Positions 12,007-27,800 of a DNA stretch of 64,000 nt are shown here, piece by piece (positions within the stretch are counted from its first letter, which is position 1; every line of letters begins with the position of its first letter). This DNA is from Sphaeroforma arctica JP610 (Eukaryota): contig NW_014040109.1 of assembly GCF_001186125.1 (NCBI RefSeq), positions 1-64,000 of the forward strand, written 5' to 3'. The position numbers and the translations under genes are program-made. The notes under the pieces are model-generated. The model was not told the origin of the DNA. It was given only the letters and a program-made list of their open reading frames with translations, and searched no databases.

Positions 12007-15000
12007 ATAACTTTTCTCTGCCCTACACAACAGTCAAAGGTGGCAATCGGCAGGTTGCAGAACATATTCTGCGCTCATCTAAAACAGAGGTACAATTCCG
12101 CGTGCGAAAGGCGAATTTTACGTCGTCTTTGACAATAATCCGTATGTTGTGCGTATTTATCTTATGTACATAATGTATACAGCGTGAATGTATTACGGTT
12201 TCATATCGATTAAGTGCTTTGTATTTGGTTTTGTTATCTCCGTGTTTGTGGGACAGTAGTGATTGTGTCTTATTGTGTTATCTGTGGAATGCGGAGGAGG
12301 GTGGTTAAACAAGTCCAAATGTGGTTTTCGGGCACTTGGCTTGCTGGTGTTGGTTTCACCTGCAGATAGTGTGCGACATGGCGTATATGACTCACATTTG
12401 CGACATGGCGCATATGACTCACATTTGCGACATGACGTATATGACTCACATTTGCGACATGGCGTATATGACTCACATTTGCGACATGACTTGTATTGAC
12501 AAGGTGAGACTGAACACACCCGTGACTACTGTGCGCCACTGTGGAGTGGACAGTGACAGTCTCTGCATCACAACCGCAGGTGGGTGGGAGTGATGTGTGT
12601 TGTTGTTGCATTGATGGGTGGGAGTGATGTGTGTTGTTGTTGCATTGATGGGTGGGAGTGATGTGTGTTGCTGTTGCATTGATGGGTGGGAGTGATGTGT
12701 GTTGTTGTCGCATTGATGGGTGGGAGTGGTGTGTGTTGTTGTTGCATTGATGGGTGATTTTTTCAGTGGCCATGTGTGGTGGGGTATATATGTATACCTC
12801 TGCAGAAGCGTCCGTACTTGTCTCAGGTGGTGTATCAAATGGTTAATCGCGTGTGTTATCGTTCGAGTGCTCTCTCGTCTCAGATAGTGCAGCGGTGCAC
12901 GGCACTAGACTTCACAGGATGTGCACATATATTTGTATTTAAATCAGGATGTGCACATAGATTTGTATTTAAATCAGGATGTGTACATAGATTAGTATTT
13001 AAATTAGGATGTGCACATAGATTTGTATTTGAATCAGGATGTGCACATAGATTTGTATTTAAATCAGGATGTGCACATAGATTTGTATTTAAATCAGGAT
13101 GTGCACATAGATTTGTATTTAAATAATTTAAATTAATTTAATCCATTCGCCATCGTATCAGCCCAAAGGCACATGTCTCGCGTTATACGCCCACAGAAGG
13201 GGCAACAGCTCTGTACTCGTGTGTCAGTGTGTCTGTAGTATATTCATTGGTCTACTGACATTCACCACAGCCGGAGAGGAGTCGATGTATGATGCTGTGA
13301 TTATAGCCACGCCGTTGGAGAACGCACACATGGACATACCACACGACTACAGTCGCTCTGGTGAGTTGTCTGAGATACACACCAGTTCCTGTGCTAAACC
13401 GCATTGGCCTTGTCCATTCATCGTGTGCTGTTTGGTTGATATGAAGTTCTGTATACGTGCGAGTCAACATGGGGGTTCTCTTTCCACAACCTCGTTGAGG
13501 CTGATGTGTTTCTCTTTGAGGCAAAGGTAGATATATTTTGCCTTTCTATAATAGGTGGCGTTCCCTCGATCCCACTCACTGTATACATCCATCGAAGTGT
13601 TTATACACCCACCATTATGTACGCTAATCAATATACACACTGAGCAGTATATACGCTAAGCAGACAGTATGTTTGCCCTTGCTTCCAGTCATCTATAAAC
13701 TGATTCGTTTGGTTTATCGAAGGGTTTATATACCCGCCAATATGTACGCTAATCAATATATACACGGATTTTTTTAGGGTTTTAGGGTTTTAGAAACCCT
13801 AAAAGCAGTATGTAGACTAAGCAGACAGTATGTTTGCCCTTGCTTCCAGTTATCTATAAACTGATTCGTTTGGTTGACGGTATCGTTTCACCAGATGAAC
13901 CGGCTGATGCCACATCTGAGGATGTCCATGAGCGGCCGTTCAGGACCACACACACAACACTCGTGGCCGGCACTATCAACCCGGTGTACTTTGGCGAAGA
14001 CCCAGGGCAATCAGTATGTTTTATTTGGAGTGTGTTTCAAATTGAGTATGTTTTACTTTGATTTTGTTTTAATTTTAGTATGTTTTGGTTTGTGCATGTT
14101 TGAATTTAAGTAAGTTTTAATTTGAGTCTGTTTTAATTTCGGTATGTTGCAATTTGAGTATGATTTAGTTTGAGTAGGTTTTAATTCGAGTATGATTCAA
14201 TTTCGATATGGTTTAATTTCGGTTTGCTTCCATTTGAGTTTGTTTTATTTCGAGTATGTTATTGTTTGGGTTTGTTTGCATTTGAGGATGTATAAGGTGT
14301 CTATCGGGCGTCGCTGCTTATGAAAGCCAAACGTATCATCGGATGTTTACTGTGCTAACGTTCGTTTAGATCTATCTCGAGTTTCCATGCCGCAATCATT
14401 TCCCTCATATATTCCATATGTTCTATTTCTAAACCCACCCAATTTTTCTCCCCATGTATATTCAATATGTTCAATATATTTAATACATTCAATATCTTCA
14501 ATATATTCAATATATTCAATATATTTAATACATTCAATATCTTCAATATATTCAATATATTCAATATATTCAATACATTCAATATCTTCAATATCTTCAA
14601 TGCCCTCCTTCCCTTCCCTTCCCTTCAGCTGCCAGACGATATATTCACCACTGAGTCCGTTGCGCACCAAGTATGTCGACAAGCAAAACTAGCATCACCA
14701 ACTGGCACAGCAGTGTGTCTGTGTCTACATTGACATTTCGTATACAGATCAATATACATACATTGTTTGTAGTTTTTTAATATACATACATTGTTTGTAG
14801 TTTATTAATATATAGGTCCATTGTTTGTAGTTTATTAATATGCATTCATCGTTTGTACATTTAATATGCATCCATAGTTTGCAGTTTATTAATATACATC
14901 CATTGTTTGTAGTTCGCACATGCATTGTGTAGTTATATGGCATTGATGTTCTTGTCTATGGTTGTAGTTTGTATTCAGGTGTTTGTAGGCCTAAGGGACA

Positions 15001-17119
15001 GGTCCGTGCGCCTGTAAACGGTTTTGTTTGTTTACTGTTCTTATTCGTTCCCTGTGCTCCATGACAAATTAGTTGACAGCAGATGTACTATAAGGTGGTA
15101 GCCAGTACAACATAGATGTACTATAAGGTGGTAGCCAGTACAACATAGATGTACTATTAGGTGGTAGCCAGTACAACATAGATGTACTATAAGGTGGTAG
15201 CCAGTACAACATGGATGTACTATAAGGTGGTAGCCAGTACAACATAGATGTACTATTAGGTGGTAGCCAGTACAACATAGATGTACTATAAGGTGGTAGC
15301 CAGTACAACATAGATGTACTATAAGGTAGTAGCCAGTACAACATAGATGTACTGTAAGGTGGTAGCCAGTACAAAATAAATGTACTATAAGGTGATAACC
15401 TGTACAACATAGATGTACTGTATGTGCGCATCACTGTATTTCTTTTCAGCGCGTAATTTGGCGTATAAATGGGTGTTTGTACAAATGATATACAGAGCTA
15501 GAACCTAAACAACTCTCTCATCGAGACATAAATTAAAACATACTCTAAAGTAAATCATACTCAAATTAAAATGTACCAAAATGAAGTTATACTCAACATG
15601 CGAAACAATGAGATGTACACGCATATGCATGTGCACAAGTTCAGATGGAATCTTTATAGTCTACGCCTTCATCTGTATGTACAACAGCATATATAGTATA
15701 TATAGTCCACACATTCATCTGTATGTACAACAGTATATATAGTCCACACATTCATCAGTATGTACAACAGTATATATAGTCCACACATTCATCTGTATGC
15801 ACAACAGTATATATAATCCACACATTCATCTGTATGTACAACAGTATATATAGTATATATAGTCCACACATTCATCTGTATGTACAGCAGTATATATAGT
15901 CCACGCATTCATCTGTATGTACAACAGTATATATAGTATATATAGTCCACACATTCATCTGTATATACAGCAGTATATATAGTCCACACATTCATCTGTA
16001 TGTACAACAGTAATGTAGTCCACACATTCATCTGTATGTACAACAGTAATGTAGTCCACACATTCATCTGTATGTACAAAAGTACGTCTTCATCATGGCT
16101 TGCTGTTTGCTTCCTGAGCTCCTTCACGTCCGGAGCCATGCAGCCTACGCTGACATGTTTTTCCTCTGAATTGATTGGTTGGCTGACTTGTTGTTCCTCT
16201 CAATTGATTGGTTGGCTGACTTGTTGTTCCTCTCAATTGATTGGTTGGCTGACTTGTTGTTCCTCTCAATTGATTGGTTGGCTGACTTGTTGTTCCTCTC
16301 AATTGATTGGTTGGCTGACTTGTTTTTCCTCTCAATTGATTGGTTGGCTGTGGTGCAGGATTTCTCGAGTATCAGCAAACTCGGAAGAGTTAAGAGCACA
16401 GCCACAACATCAGACAGCGATGCAACGGCAGTCTACAAACTGTTCTCTCGCACAGCCATTCCATATGACACACTCAATCAGGTGAGGGTCACAACCAGAG
16501 CCACACCGCAGATGCTGAGTACATTGCTTCCACGGATGTAGTGTGGTGTTATGAAACGTTACAGTTTGAGTGTATAGGCTCCTGTACTCTCCCTCAGTGA
16601 GGCGAATGTGACAACCAGAGCCACAACACTGCTTCCACGGATGTAATTTGGTGCTATAGTACGTTACAGTTTTAAAGTACATATTCAGTACTCTGCGTCT
16701 ATTCTGTAGGGTTTAAGGTTTTATATCTGTGTGTGTACCGTCTATTGTTACACGCTGGATCAGATGTTTATCTGCCTATGCGAAATCACGCAAAGAACTA
16801 CAGGTACTCAACAAACCACTCAACGAAGCATACAATAGTGAGCATCGAGAGTGTGTGGTATGTAGCAAATGGGAACAACCCACTCCTACGCTAACTTGTG
16901 CGGTGGTCAGATAGTCTGAGGTCTACGCTATATGTCTGACTGTGTGGTCTATTCTCAGACGTATTATAACGAGTGGTCCTGGAGTATCGATCAGTAGTTG
17001 AGTTTGTAGACCCGCATTTTATCATACAGGTACATAATTGAATAATCATACATAAATACATACACTTACACATACACATACGCATACACATACACATACA
17101 CATACACATACACTTACAC

Positions 17120-17192
<73 letters not shown>

Positions 17193-18711
17193 TACATAAA
17201 CAAAATACACCTACACCTACACATACACATACACATACACATAAATACACACATATATGGCTCTGCTGTGCTGAGGATCCATGCAGAGCCAAGAAAGTAG
17301 ATATAGGGTATCATACAGGTGATTGATGACATTTTTTGCTCTGGAAATCCACTGTCGCTCAAAGCATGTGTGTGTCATTGAAGACCTTAACAGTGGAGAA
17401 GCCCATCGATGGACAAGGGTCCACAATTGACTTTGTGCGTAGACTGCCAGCGATTCAATCACATCTCATACGCCTTGTGCTGTGCAGATGTTCTTGCCTA
17501 CACACGTCGGATAACTCAGGCGACTGTGTACGTGCAGATCACTGGCAGCTATTCCAAAACATTTTGTAACTCTTGGCAACCATTCGATAAGACTTGCGCT
17601 GAGTTGGGGGTTTTTTTAGAGACCACTACTTCAGACACGCCAGTGTTAAGTGTTCACCAGCCAGATTAGTGTTAGCTATTCCATGCCTTCACACACACAC
17701 GTGGAATAGATTGGCCACGCACGGTTAACTAGCAGCAGCTATTCGAGAACATTACAATACCTTTGCCCTATTTTATTGTTCCTGGAGGCGCATCCGATGT
17801 CTTCAAACACGCGTGTTACCAATGTATACGTAGAGATCATCGACAAATAATCGAATACATTGGCTATGCCTTTGGCCTGTGCAGATATTCTTAAGTACAA
17901 GTGACGTCTTCAGACACACGTGGTCGCATGCATACCCGGTATTGCACCCAACACCGAGACTACCTCCAGTGCAACCGGCAACGGGCGTATTCTACATCAA
18001 TGGTATGTGGCATGTTTTTTGACACTGACCGACAGTTTGCATGCACATGATTAAGTGTTCTATTGGGCTGCAGCTTGACGACAGCTCACTAGAAAGCTGG
18101 CTCGTAAAGCGCACCTGTACTATGCATATGATGTAGTTCATTGCGGCTGCACGATGCAGCCCATCCCACAGTACTGACTGTCTGCTGCTGTGGTCGTGGT
18201 ATGTTACACATACTGTTAGTTAGCTGTTGTCTATCGCAATTCCCCAGCCAATACAAGTGCTCTGATGCGACTTCCTTGCGCTCACCTGCAGTGTGTTCTG
18301 TCATGGCGTGTGTGCCGTGGCTCACTGTGACTCGTGTCATCCTCCTTTGGTACATCGTACGTATGGTGTGTACAGAAACTCAGAACGAGCAGCTGTCAAA
18401 GGCATCGGCTGGTAACCGTCCCTTGGCTTTTTAACCTTCTGGTTTACGCACAGTACCCTCACCCTTTGTGCTGTGGTGGCGGTTAACCTCCTGGTTTACG
18501 TACAATACCCTCACCCCTTGTGCTGTTGTGGTGGTTAACCTTCTGGTTTACGTACAATACGCTCACCCCTTGTGCTTCTGCAGCGTTTGAGACGATCATC
18601 TCCTGCATGGAGTGTTCTGCAGTGTCAGCCCACAACACAGTTCAGTTGGCCTTGGAGTACTTGGGTGTGCCATTTGTGGCCAACGCCACAGTTATTGACT
18701 CAGAGCAATGA
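3500..18711 (+). CDS. PCYOX1: Prenylcysteine oxidase/lyase (FAD-dependent), 14 exons
   Basis: Exons, GT-AG and phase-consistent: 3500-3778, 6014-6121, 6449-6586, 7344-7442, 8543-8614, 11475-11634, 12034-12089, 12504-12579, 13271-13360, 13895-14013, 14629-14670, 16359-16481, 17885-18002, 18584-18711. Signal peptide; Rossmann motif [89 protein letters not shown]...AHN. Confidence 0.9.
3775..4745. repeat. 42-bp minisatellite, about 23 copies, starting at the PCYOX1 exon 1 donor
   Basis: Unit GTAAGTAGAACTGTGTGATACACCACACTTGAGTATTCATGT, with a GTACTTAC variant; period 3779 to 3821. Confidence 0.95.
5140..5990. repeat. 22-24-bp minisatellite (TATACTTATACATACTTTGATG)n ending just before the exon 2 acceptor
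   Basis: More than 30 visible tandem copies. Confidence 0.95.
6104..6322. repeat. 47-bp tandem repeat, about 5 copies, spanning the exon 2 donor
   Basis: GGGTCTGTGTTTCATCAG|GTGTGTATGATGACTATTACTACATAGAT at 6104, 6151, 6198, 6245, 6292. Confidence 0.95.
6571..6770. repeat. 61-bp tandem repeat, about 3.3 copies, spanning the exon 3 donor
   Basis: CTTTAGAACATCCGAG|GTAAGTCC... at 6571, 6632, 6693, partial at 6754. Confidence 0.95.
7710..8229. other. Assembly gap (N run) next to a (TA)n microsatellite
   Basis: N run preceded by long (TA)n. Confidence 1.
9128..9330. repeat. 32-bp minisatellite, about 6 copies
   Basis: TGTCA(G/A)TGTATAGGTGTTCCCGTAGAATCCCT tandem. Confidence 0.93.
9558..9860. repeat. 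33-bp minisatellite, about 9 copies
   Basis: CTGGTAGCGTCTACCTACAGGGTGTCGTATGCT tandem. Confidence 0.95.
10094..10282. repeat. 103-bp direct duplication, 2 copies
   Basis: TACCGTTAACAATGATGTCTTAACTAGG... at 10094 and 10197. Confidence 0.9.
11215..11470. repeat. 33-bp minisatellite ending at the exon 6 acceptor
   Basis: CTACTTTAGTGTACTTACTGTACTGTACTGTAC tandem, decaying into CTCTCTGCACTAG. Confidence 0.9.
12372..12492. repeat. 27-bp repeat, about 4.5 copies, ending at the exon 8 acceptor
   Basis: TGCGACATGGCGTATATGACTCACATT tandem. Confidence 0.93.
12580..12757. repeat. 34-bp repeat, 5 copies, starting at the exon 8 donor
   Basis: TGGGTGGGAGTGATGTGTGTTGTTGTTGCATTGA tandem. Confidence 0.93.
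12915..13125. repeat. 30-bp repeat, 7 copies
   Basis: CAGGATGTGCACATAGATTTGTATTTAAAT tandem. Confidence 0.95.
13591..13876. repeat. 125-bp duplication, 2 copies, second with a telomere-like insert; ends just before the exon 10 acceptor
   Basis: Copies start at 13591 and 13716; extra 36 nt at 13769-13804. Confidence 0.9.
14455..14600. repeat. 9-bp repeat (TTCAATATA)n before the exon 11 acceptor
   Basis: Visible tandem array. Confidence 0.93.
15080..15422. repeat. 33-bp minisatellite, about 10 copies
   Basis: AGATGTACTATAAGGTGGTAGCCAGTACAACAT tandem. Confidence 0.95.
15667..16080. repeat. 37-46-bp minisatellite, about 10 copies
   Basis: AGTCCACACATTCATCTGTATGTACAACAGTATATAT core. Confidence 0.93.
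16149..16352. repeat. 33-bp repeat, 6 copies, ending at the exon 12 acceptor
   Basis: GCTGACTTGTTGTTCCTCTCAATTGATTGGTTG tandem. Confidence 0.95.
18431..18576. repeat. 52-bp repeat, 3 copies, merging into the exon 14 acceptor
   Basis: TTAACC..CTGGTTTACG.ACA.TAC.CTCACCC.TTGTGCT at 18431, 18483, 18535. Confidence 0.92.
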
Positions 18712-18964
18712 AAGAAACTACAAGCAACCTACTCGACGTCCCGAGTGTATTCAATATCATCGGTGAAGTCAAAGCATATCGATATGTGCACAAAGGTCGA
18801 CAACTGTTATGTACTAGAAGTGCAAACTGTGCCCGTGCAACTGTAATTGCCCAGTGCACACACATCATACGCCTCTGTGTGTGGGTGTGGGTGTACATGG
18901 AATGGTCATACCCAAAATATTTACTGGCAAGCTACCTAATCCTTATGGGGACATGGCTCAAATG

Positions 18965-19436
18965 AGAGAGACGTACAAATGAATAATAAATCATACTTGA
19001 CTGCTTTTATAGTGGTACCTTGTGAGGATATGATTCAAATGCCAGAGACGTATATATGAATAATAAATTATACTTGACTGCTTTTATAGTGATTCCTTAT
19101 GAGGATATGATTCAAATGCCAGAGACGTATATATGAATAATAAATTAACTTGACTGCTTTTATAGTGATTCCTTATAAATTATACTTGACTGCTTTTACA
19201 ATGATTCCTTATGAGGATAAGATTCCAATGACAGAGACGTGCAAATGACTAATAAATTATACTTGACTGTTTTTATAGTGATTCCTTATGAAGATATGGT
19301 TGAAATGCCAGAGACGTATATATGAATAATAAATTGTACTTGCCTGCTTTTATAGTGATTCCTTATGAGGATATGATTCAAATGCCAGAGACGTATATAT
19401 GAATAATAAATTATACTTGACTTCTTTTATAGTGAT
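18965..19436. repeat. 77-bp minisatellite, about 6 copies, between the convergent PCYOX1 and TMA7 3' ends
   Basis: Period 18980, 19057, 19134; unit contains GAATAATAAATTATACTTGACTGCTTTTATAGTG. Confidence 0.93.
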
Positions 19437-19655
19437 ATATTCTGATTAAGCGCAATTAGCATACCGTCCACATTCCAGCCAGTGATGTCCGTCCATACGG
19501 ACAATTCTCGCCCAAGCGACTAACGGCAATTCGCCCAGCGCACACATAGTCGTAGCTACCGCAATACTCTGTAGACCGCTATTTCGAATTCGGGATGTTT
19601 ATAGACTCGGGTGACGGCTACTTCCATGTAAGGAAGAGTTCATTCAAATGGCAAT

Positions 19656-21266
19656 CTACTTCTTCTTGCCTCCGAGCATCTTTTTGCGGGCTTCCGCCTC
19701 GGCAGCCTTAGCCTGTGAGTACATGGATATAATTGTCCGATATTGAGACTTGCAAAGTATAGAACTTTAAGACTCGCATCAAAATGCCCATGACATGTAT
19801 ACATGATTACATAGGCGATGTATCTGACAATCACTGAATAGTAAAATAGAGTGGCGCAGCATGAACAGTGTTGGTTGGAAGTAGATACTTGGATATGAAG
19901 TAGCATATACTAACATACGGCTGATGAGCTTTTCAAAAACCAATGCCAACTGATATCACAATATAGAAACTAAATTCAGTCCAGCAGACGCACACACAAA
20001 AAATGTGGATGGCTTAATCAATACACTACCAACAACAGGCGACAAGGGTGGCAAACACACAGGAGAAATAGACGTAACTTCGTGCTACAATACTCAAGTC
20101 GTTGTGTGTGCATTGGATGTGCGACACTATGACATAGTCAGTGCATACAACACAATGACATAGTCATAGTGCATACAACACAATGACATTGTCATAGTGC
20201 ATGCAACACTATGACGTGACTTACCGCTTTCTGCTTGGCCTTGAATTCAAGATCTACGTCATCGAGATCACCTCCGGACTTTTTCTTAGCCTTTAAGGGC
20301 TTTTTCTTACCACCTTAATTGGAAAAAAGTAGATAAAAGGGTTCAATACAACAACTCCACAGACTATTAGGGGGGTGAGGTGGTAGAGAGGGGTTGCACA
20401 GCTCCTGCGCGAGTGAAGACCTGTACTTCACTACAGAAGCGAACTAATGTTGGGGTGGAGATAGAATTAATGTAGGGATGTATCACTAACGTATAGCTGG
20501 TTCACTACTAATGTAGGGGTGGAGATAGAACGGCTGATCTAACGGAAAAAGGGTACATACTAAACACTTGTGAAATGTTTGAATACACTACTTTACATAG
20601 TACAGGCAGTCAGTCCGGTGCACTTTAAGAGATATTCGGAGACTACTAACGATTGGAATATGCCTCAACGACCGATAGACGACGCATGCTAGCGGACGCC
20701 CAGGTTCTGCAAGCTCTTGATGTCAGGATTTTATGGGCCAACACTTGGGACATAATATGGATATAAGCATATAAACTAGAAAACGTAATCGGAAAAGTAT
20801 TTATACTTTACGTTCGTGATTCCATCATTCCATACATATTCATTATCGATACTGTATACACAAAATAGTATGTAAGCATATATGCAAAGATGTGACCCAG
20901 AACACACTAAAACAACTATAGAGACGGACGTCTCAATATAGTCGTGTCATAATATATATATATATGTATATGGATATATATAAACATATACATATATATC
21001 TAAATAAACATAAACGTATATATATATATATATATACAATATAAAAAAAGTGCTAGATTCTCATATGAAATATACATGTAAAAAATTATGTATTCGTTTT
21101 TAGAATTTTTTTTTAAATGAATGAATATATATATCTATCTATATATAAATATGGATATATATATATATATGTATATATATACATATGGATATATATATAT
21201 GTATATATGCATGTATGTATATATATACATATACAAATGTAAATATATACATATATATATATATAA

Positions 21267-21304
<38 letters not shown>

Positions 21305-21354
21305 ATATATATATAAATAAACAAAGGCACACATATATACATATATATATGTGC

Positions 21355-21399
<45 letters not shown>

Positions 21400-21529
21400 T
21401 GCATATATTTTATATATATATATATAAATATATATATAATATATATTTATATATATATTTGAACTATATATATATATAAATATGTGTGTGTGTGTTTGTG
21501 TGTGTGGGTGTGTATTTGTATGTGTGTAC

Positions 21530-21581
<52 letters not shown>

Positions 21582-21935
21582 ATTTATATATCATAAGCAC
21601 AATGAATTCTCAGAAACAAATTTATTACCAGATATATTCTTCGAAAGACATCTATTTACGTAGAGCAGTGCTCTCTGTACCATCGCTTAGATGCAAACTT
21701 TTTTTAAACGGTCTATTATAAAGGAGAGTAATCGCGTATAATTGTGCAACCAAATACATATCGTAAGCAATTGCTTAGAGCTAATGCTACATCAATGGTG
21801 TAGCACAACCGACAACACATCTTATTGTCTGATCACGTGCACAGACACACCTTTGCACTATACATAGACTTAAAAGCGTTGTCATATCACCACACATTGT
21901 AGTAGACGCAAGTACCCACCTTCTCTGCCTGACAT
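19656..21935 (-). CDS. TMA7: Translation machinery-associated protein 7, 3 exons
   Basis: Exons 21935-21920, 20313-20225, 19712-19656 give [53 protein letters not shown]. Too short for the ORF track. Confidence 0.92.
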
Positions 21936-22234
21936 GTCGAATAGTGTGTAATCGCTGTGAACATCGATTGACTACGCACTTCGCTTGATAATTAAATATT
22001 TATCCTTTACAGAATAGAGTCAGAAAGGCATTTGTACCTCACCGCTCGAATGTATAAATAGAACTATACTACACATGGATTTAAAACCCTGCATTTAAAA
22101 CCCAAGCGTATATCTGCCCTTTATCATGTTCTACTTTGATTATCTTCTATATTCCTCTCACATATTGTGTGTTTTTACTGCTAATAAGAGCGTACCATAC
22201 CAACTCCACGGTGGTTAATATTACAGGTGTCACG

Positions 22235-26094
<3,860 letters not shown>

Positions 26095-27019
26095 AGGCTT
26101 CAAGCATATCGCCAACTGCTGCTGGTTTGGGGGTCTGGGAATTTAGAGTAAAATAGTATGCGAAATGGCAATATATCAATAAATGGAAAAAGTGTGCATA
26201 TGCTTGTCAAGTGCGTTTAATTTGTACCAGCTCAACTTGTAAATCAGGACTATAAGTTGCCCACTAGATGTTTGTGCTCTTCTTATGATTGCTTTAGTGG
26301 CTAAATTACCACCTGCACTGCATCTACATAGAACATTACTCGCAACTTCAAGCATTCTGCTGATTTGATTATCATCGTTCAGCTTTAAAAAAGGGGGTAA
26401 ATGTGTTCTGGATAAAGGTTATGTGCACGATATGGCACAAATTTTAGACTGCAGTGTTTATGGGTGTGATAATATCACTTACTGAGCCCACCACGCACCA
26501 ATCAGTTAATTCATGTGCGAATAGGGCGAGGCTCACTGCTCTCCATGGGCAGGTGCCAGTCTTAAAGTTATAAAATGTATATGCGTACAACTTCCTATCC
26601 CACACAAATTAAAATGCAGCAATCTGTACAAAGCACTGTTTTGGAATACTGATCACCAATTAAGAATTATGTAGCAGCTCAGCAGTAGTGGCGTGGCTAT
26701 TATCAAACCTGATGTATCAAGCAGTCCAGTTTGGAGGTGGTAAATTTTGCGGGAAATCTTCAAAATCAATCACGCCCTGCACTCCTGATTCCAGTGTTGG
26801 TCAATGCGATGGGAATTCTCAGTAGACGTCATTTCTATTTGATGTGACACTGTTCCTCACTGCAAAGCACAACGATCGACTATCAAATAAGATTGAAGAG
26901 AAAAAAAATACTTGAACAACTTCAAAATATTCAAAACGTGGAGCGCATTCGCAACAATGTTAATTTCATATCGAAAGTGCCAATTGTATATACGATGTCA
27001 CGGAGAACAGCGACAGCCG

Positions 27020-27800
27020 AGACGAAATTGCACAGGGTTTATAATCCCAGACGGAAAAAATATGAAACAGCTACGAAAGTGGGTATCAATATTTCTCTCT
27101 TTAAAACTGTAAACGCTAAATGAACCCCCCAGGCATACATATCGAGGATAAAAACTATAATTGAAAACCTGCCCAGACACGCGATGTATATGATACAAGC
27201 ACGTAAAACATAAAAAGTGCGGCGAGTTCGAGGTGGATACACCTGGGAGGCGTTATCACCCGACTGGAATACAAGATGAGCCCATAGACTCAATTTCTGG
27301 GCTTAGGTACTGCGGCACTGCGTTCGACTTTTCAAGCAAGACCAGGTCAGATAAGTTGAGAGACCCCAGGTGCTTAAGAGCCATAAGATATACTGAATCA
27401 CTTTTTCTTGACAGGAAGCGATAGTACCTTACCTTAATACCTTTGGTCACAAAAATAACAGTATCGCCACGGGAGGGATTTTCCTTGAACTTGATGCACA
27501 CTCCATCTTACAAGCTTGCACAGAGAAAAGTCAATCTGACGGTTGCCGGGCAAAGGTAACCGCCCCAAGCCTGTTAGCTGTTGGAAAATATAAAAGTTGG
27601 TTTGAAATTCTGAGGTAGTATCCAAATCTACAGCAACACTACACCGAGATGAGATATCGACGACAGTGTACTATACCGCTCTTGGGATGTGAAATATTTA
27701 CACTTCGAAATACTCCAAGTATATCCGCGAACGCGTACTAGCAAGTTTAACAAGGAGCGTTTGAGAGTTTGTCGTAGTAATATTTTAAAATATACTGAAC
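27020..27800 (+). mobile_element. Probable decayed Ty1/Copia integrase and SH3-like segment
   Basis: DTPGRRYHPTGIQDEPIDSISGLRYCGTAFDFSSKT (27236 onward) resembles the Copia 'P.ELIH.D..GP....S.GG.RYF.TFIDD.SR.T' motif. LLGCEIF then PRTRTSKFNKERLRVC (about 27680-27775) resembles 'VFGC.AY...R.KLD.R...C'. Many stops and frameshifts. Confidence 0.45.

Noticed and set aside
3775..19436. CRISPR-like appearance of the 27-47-bp repeats
   Set aside because: Units are head-to-tail with no unique spacers, lie in spliceosomal introns and have no cas genes nearby.
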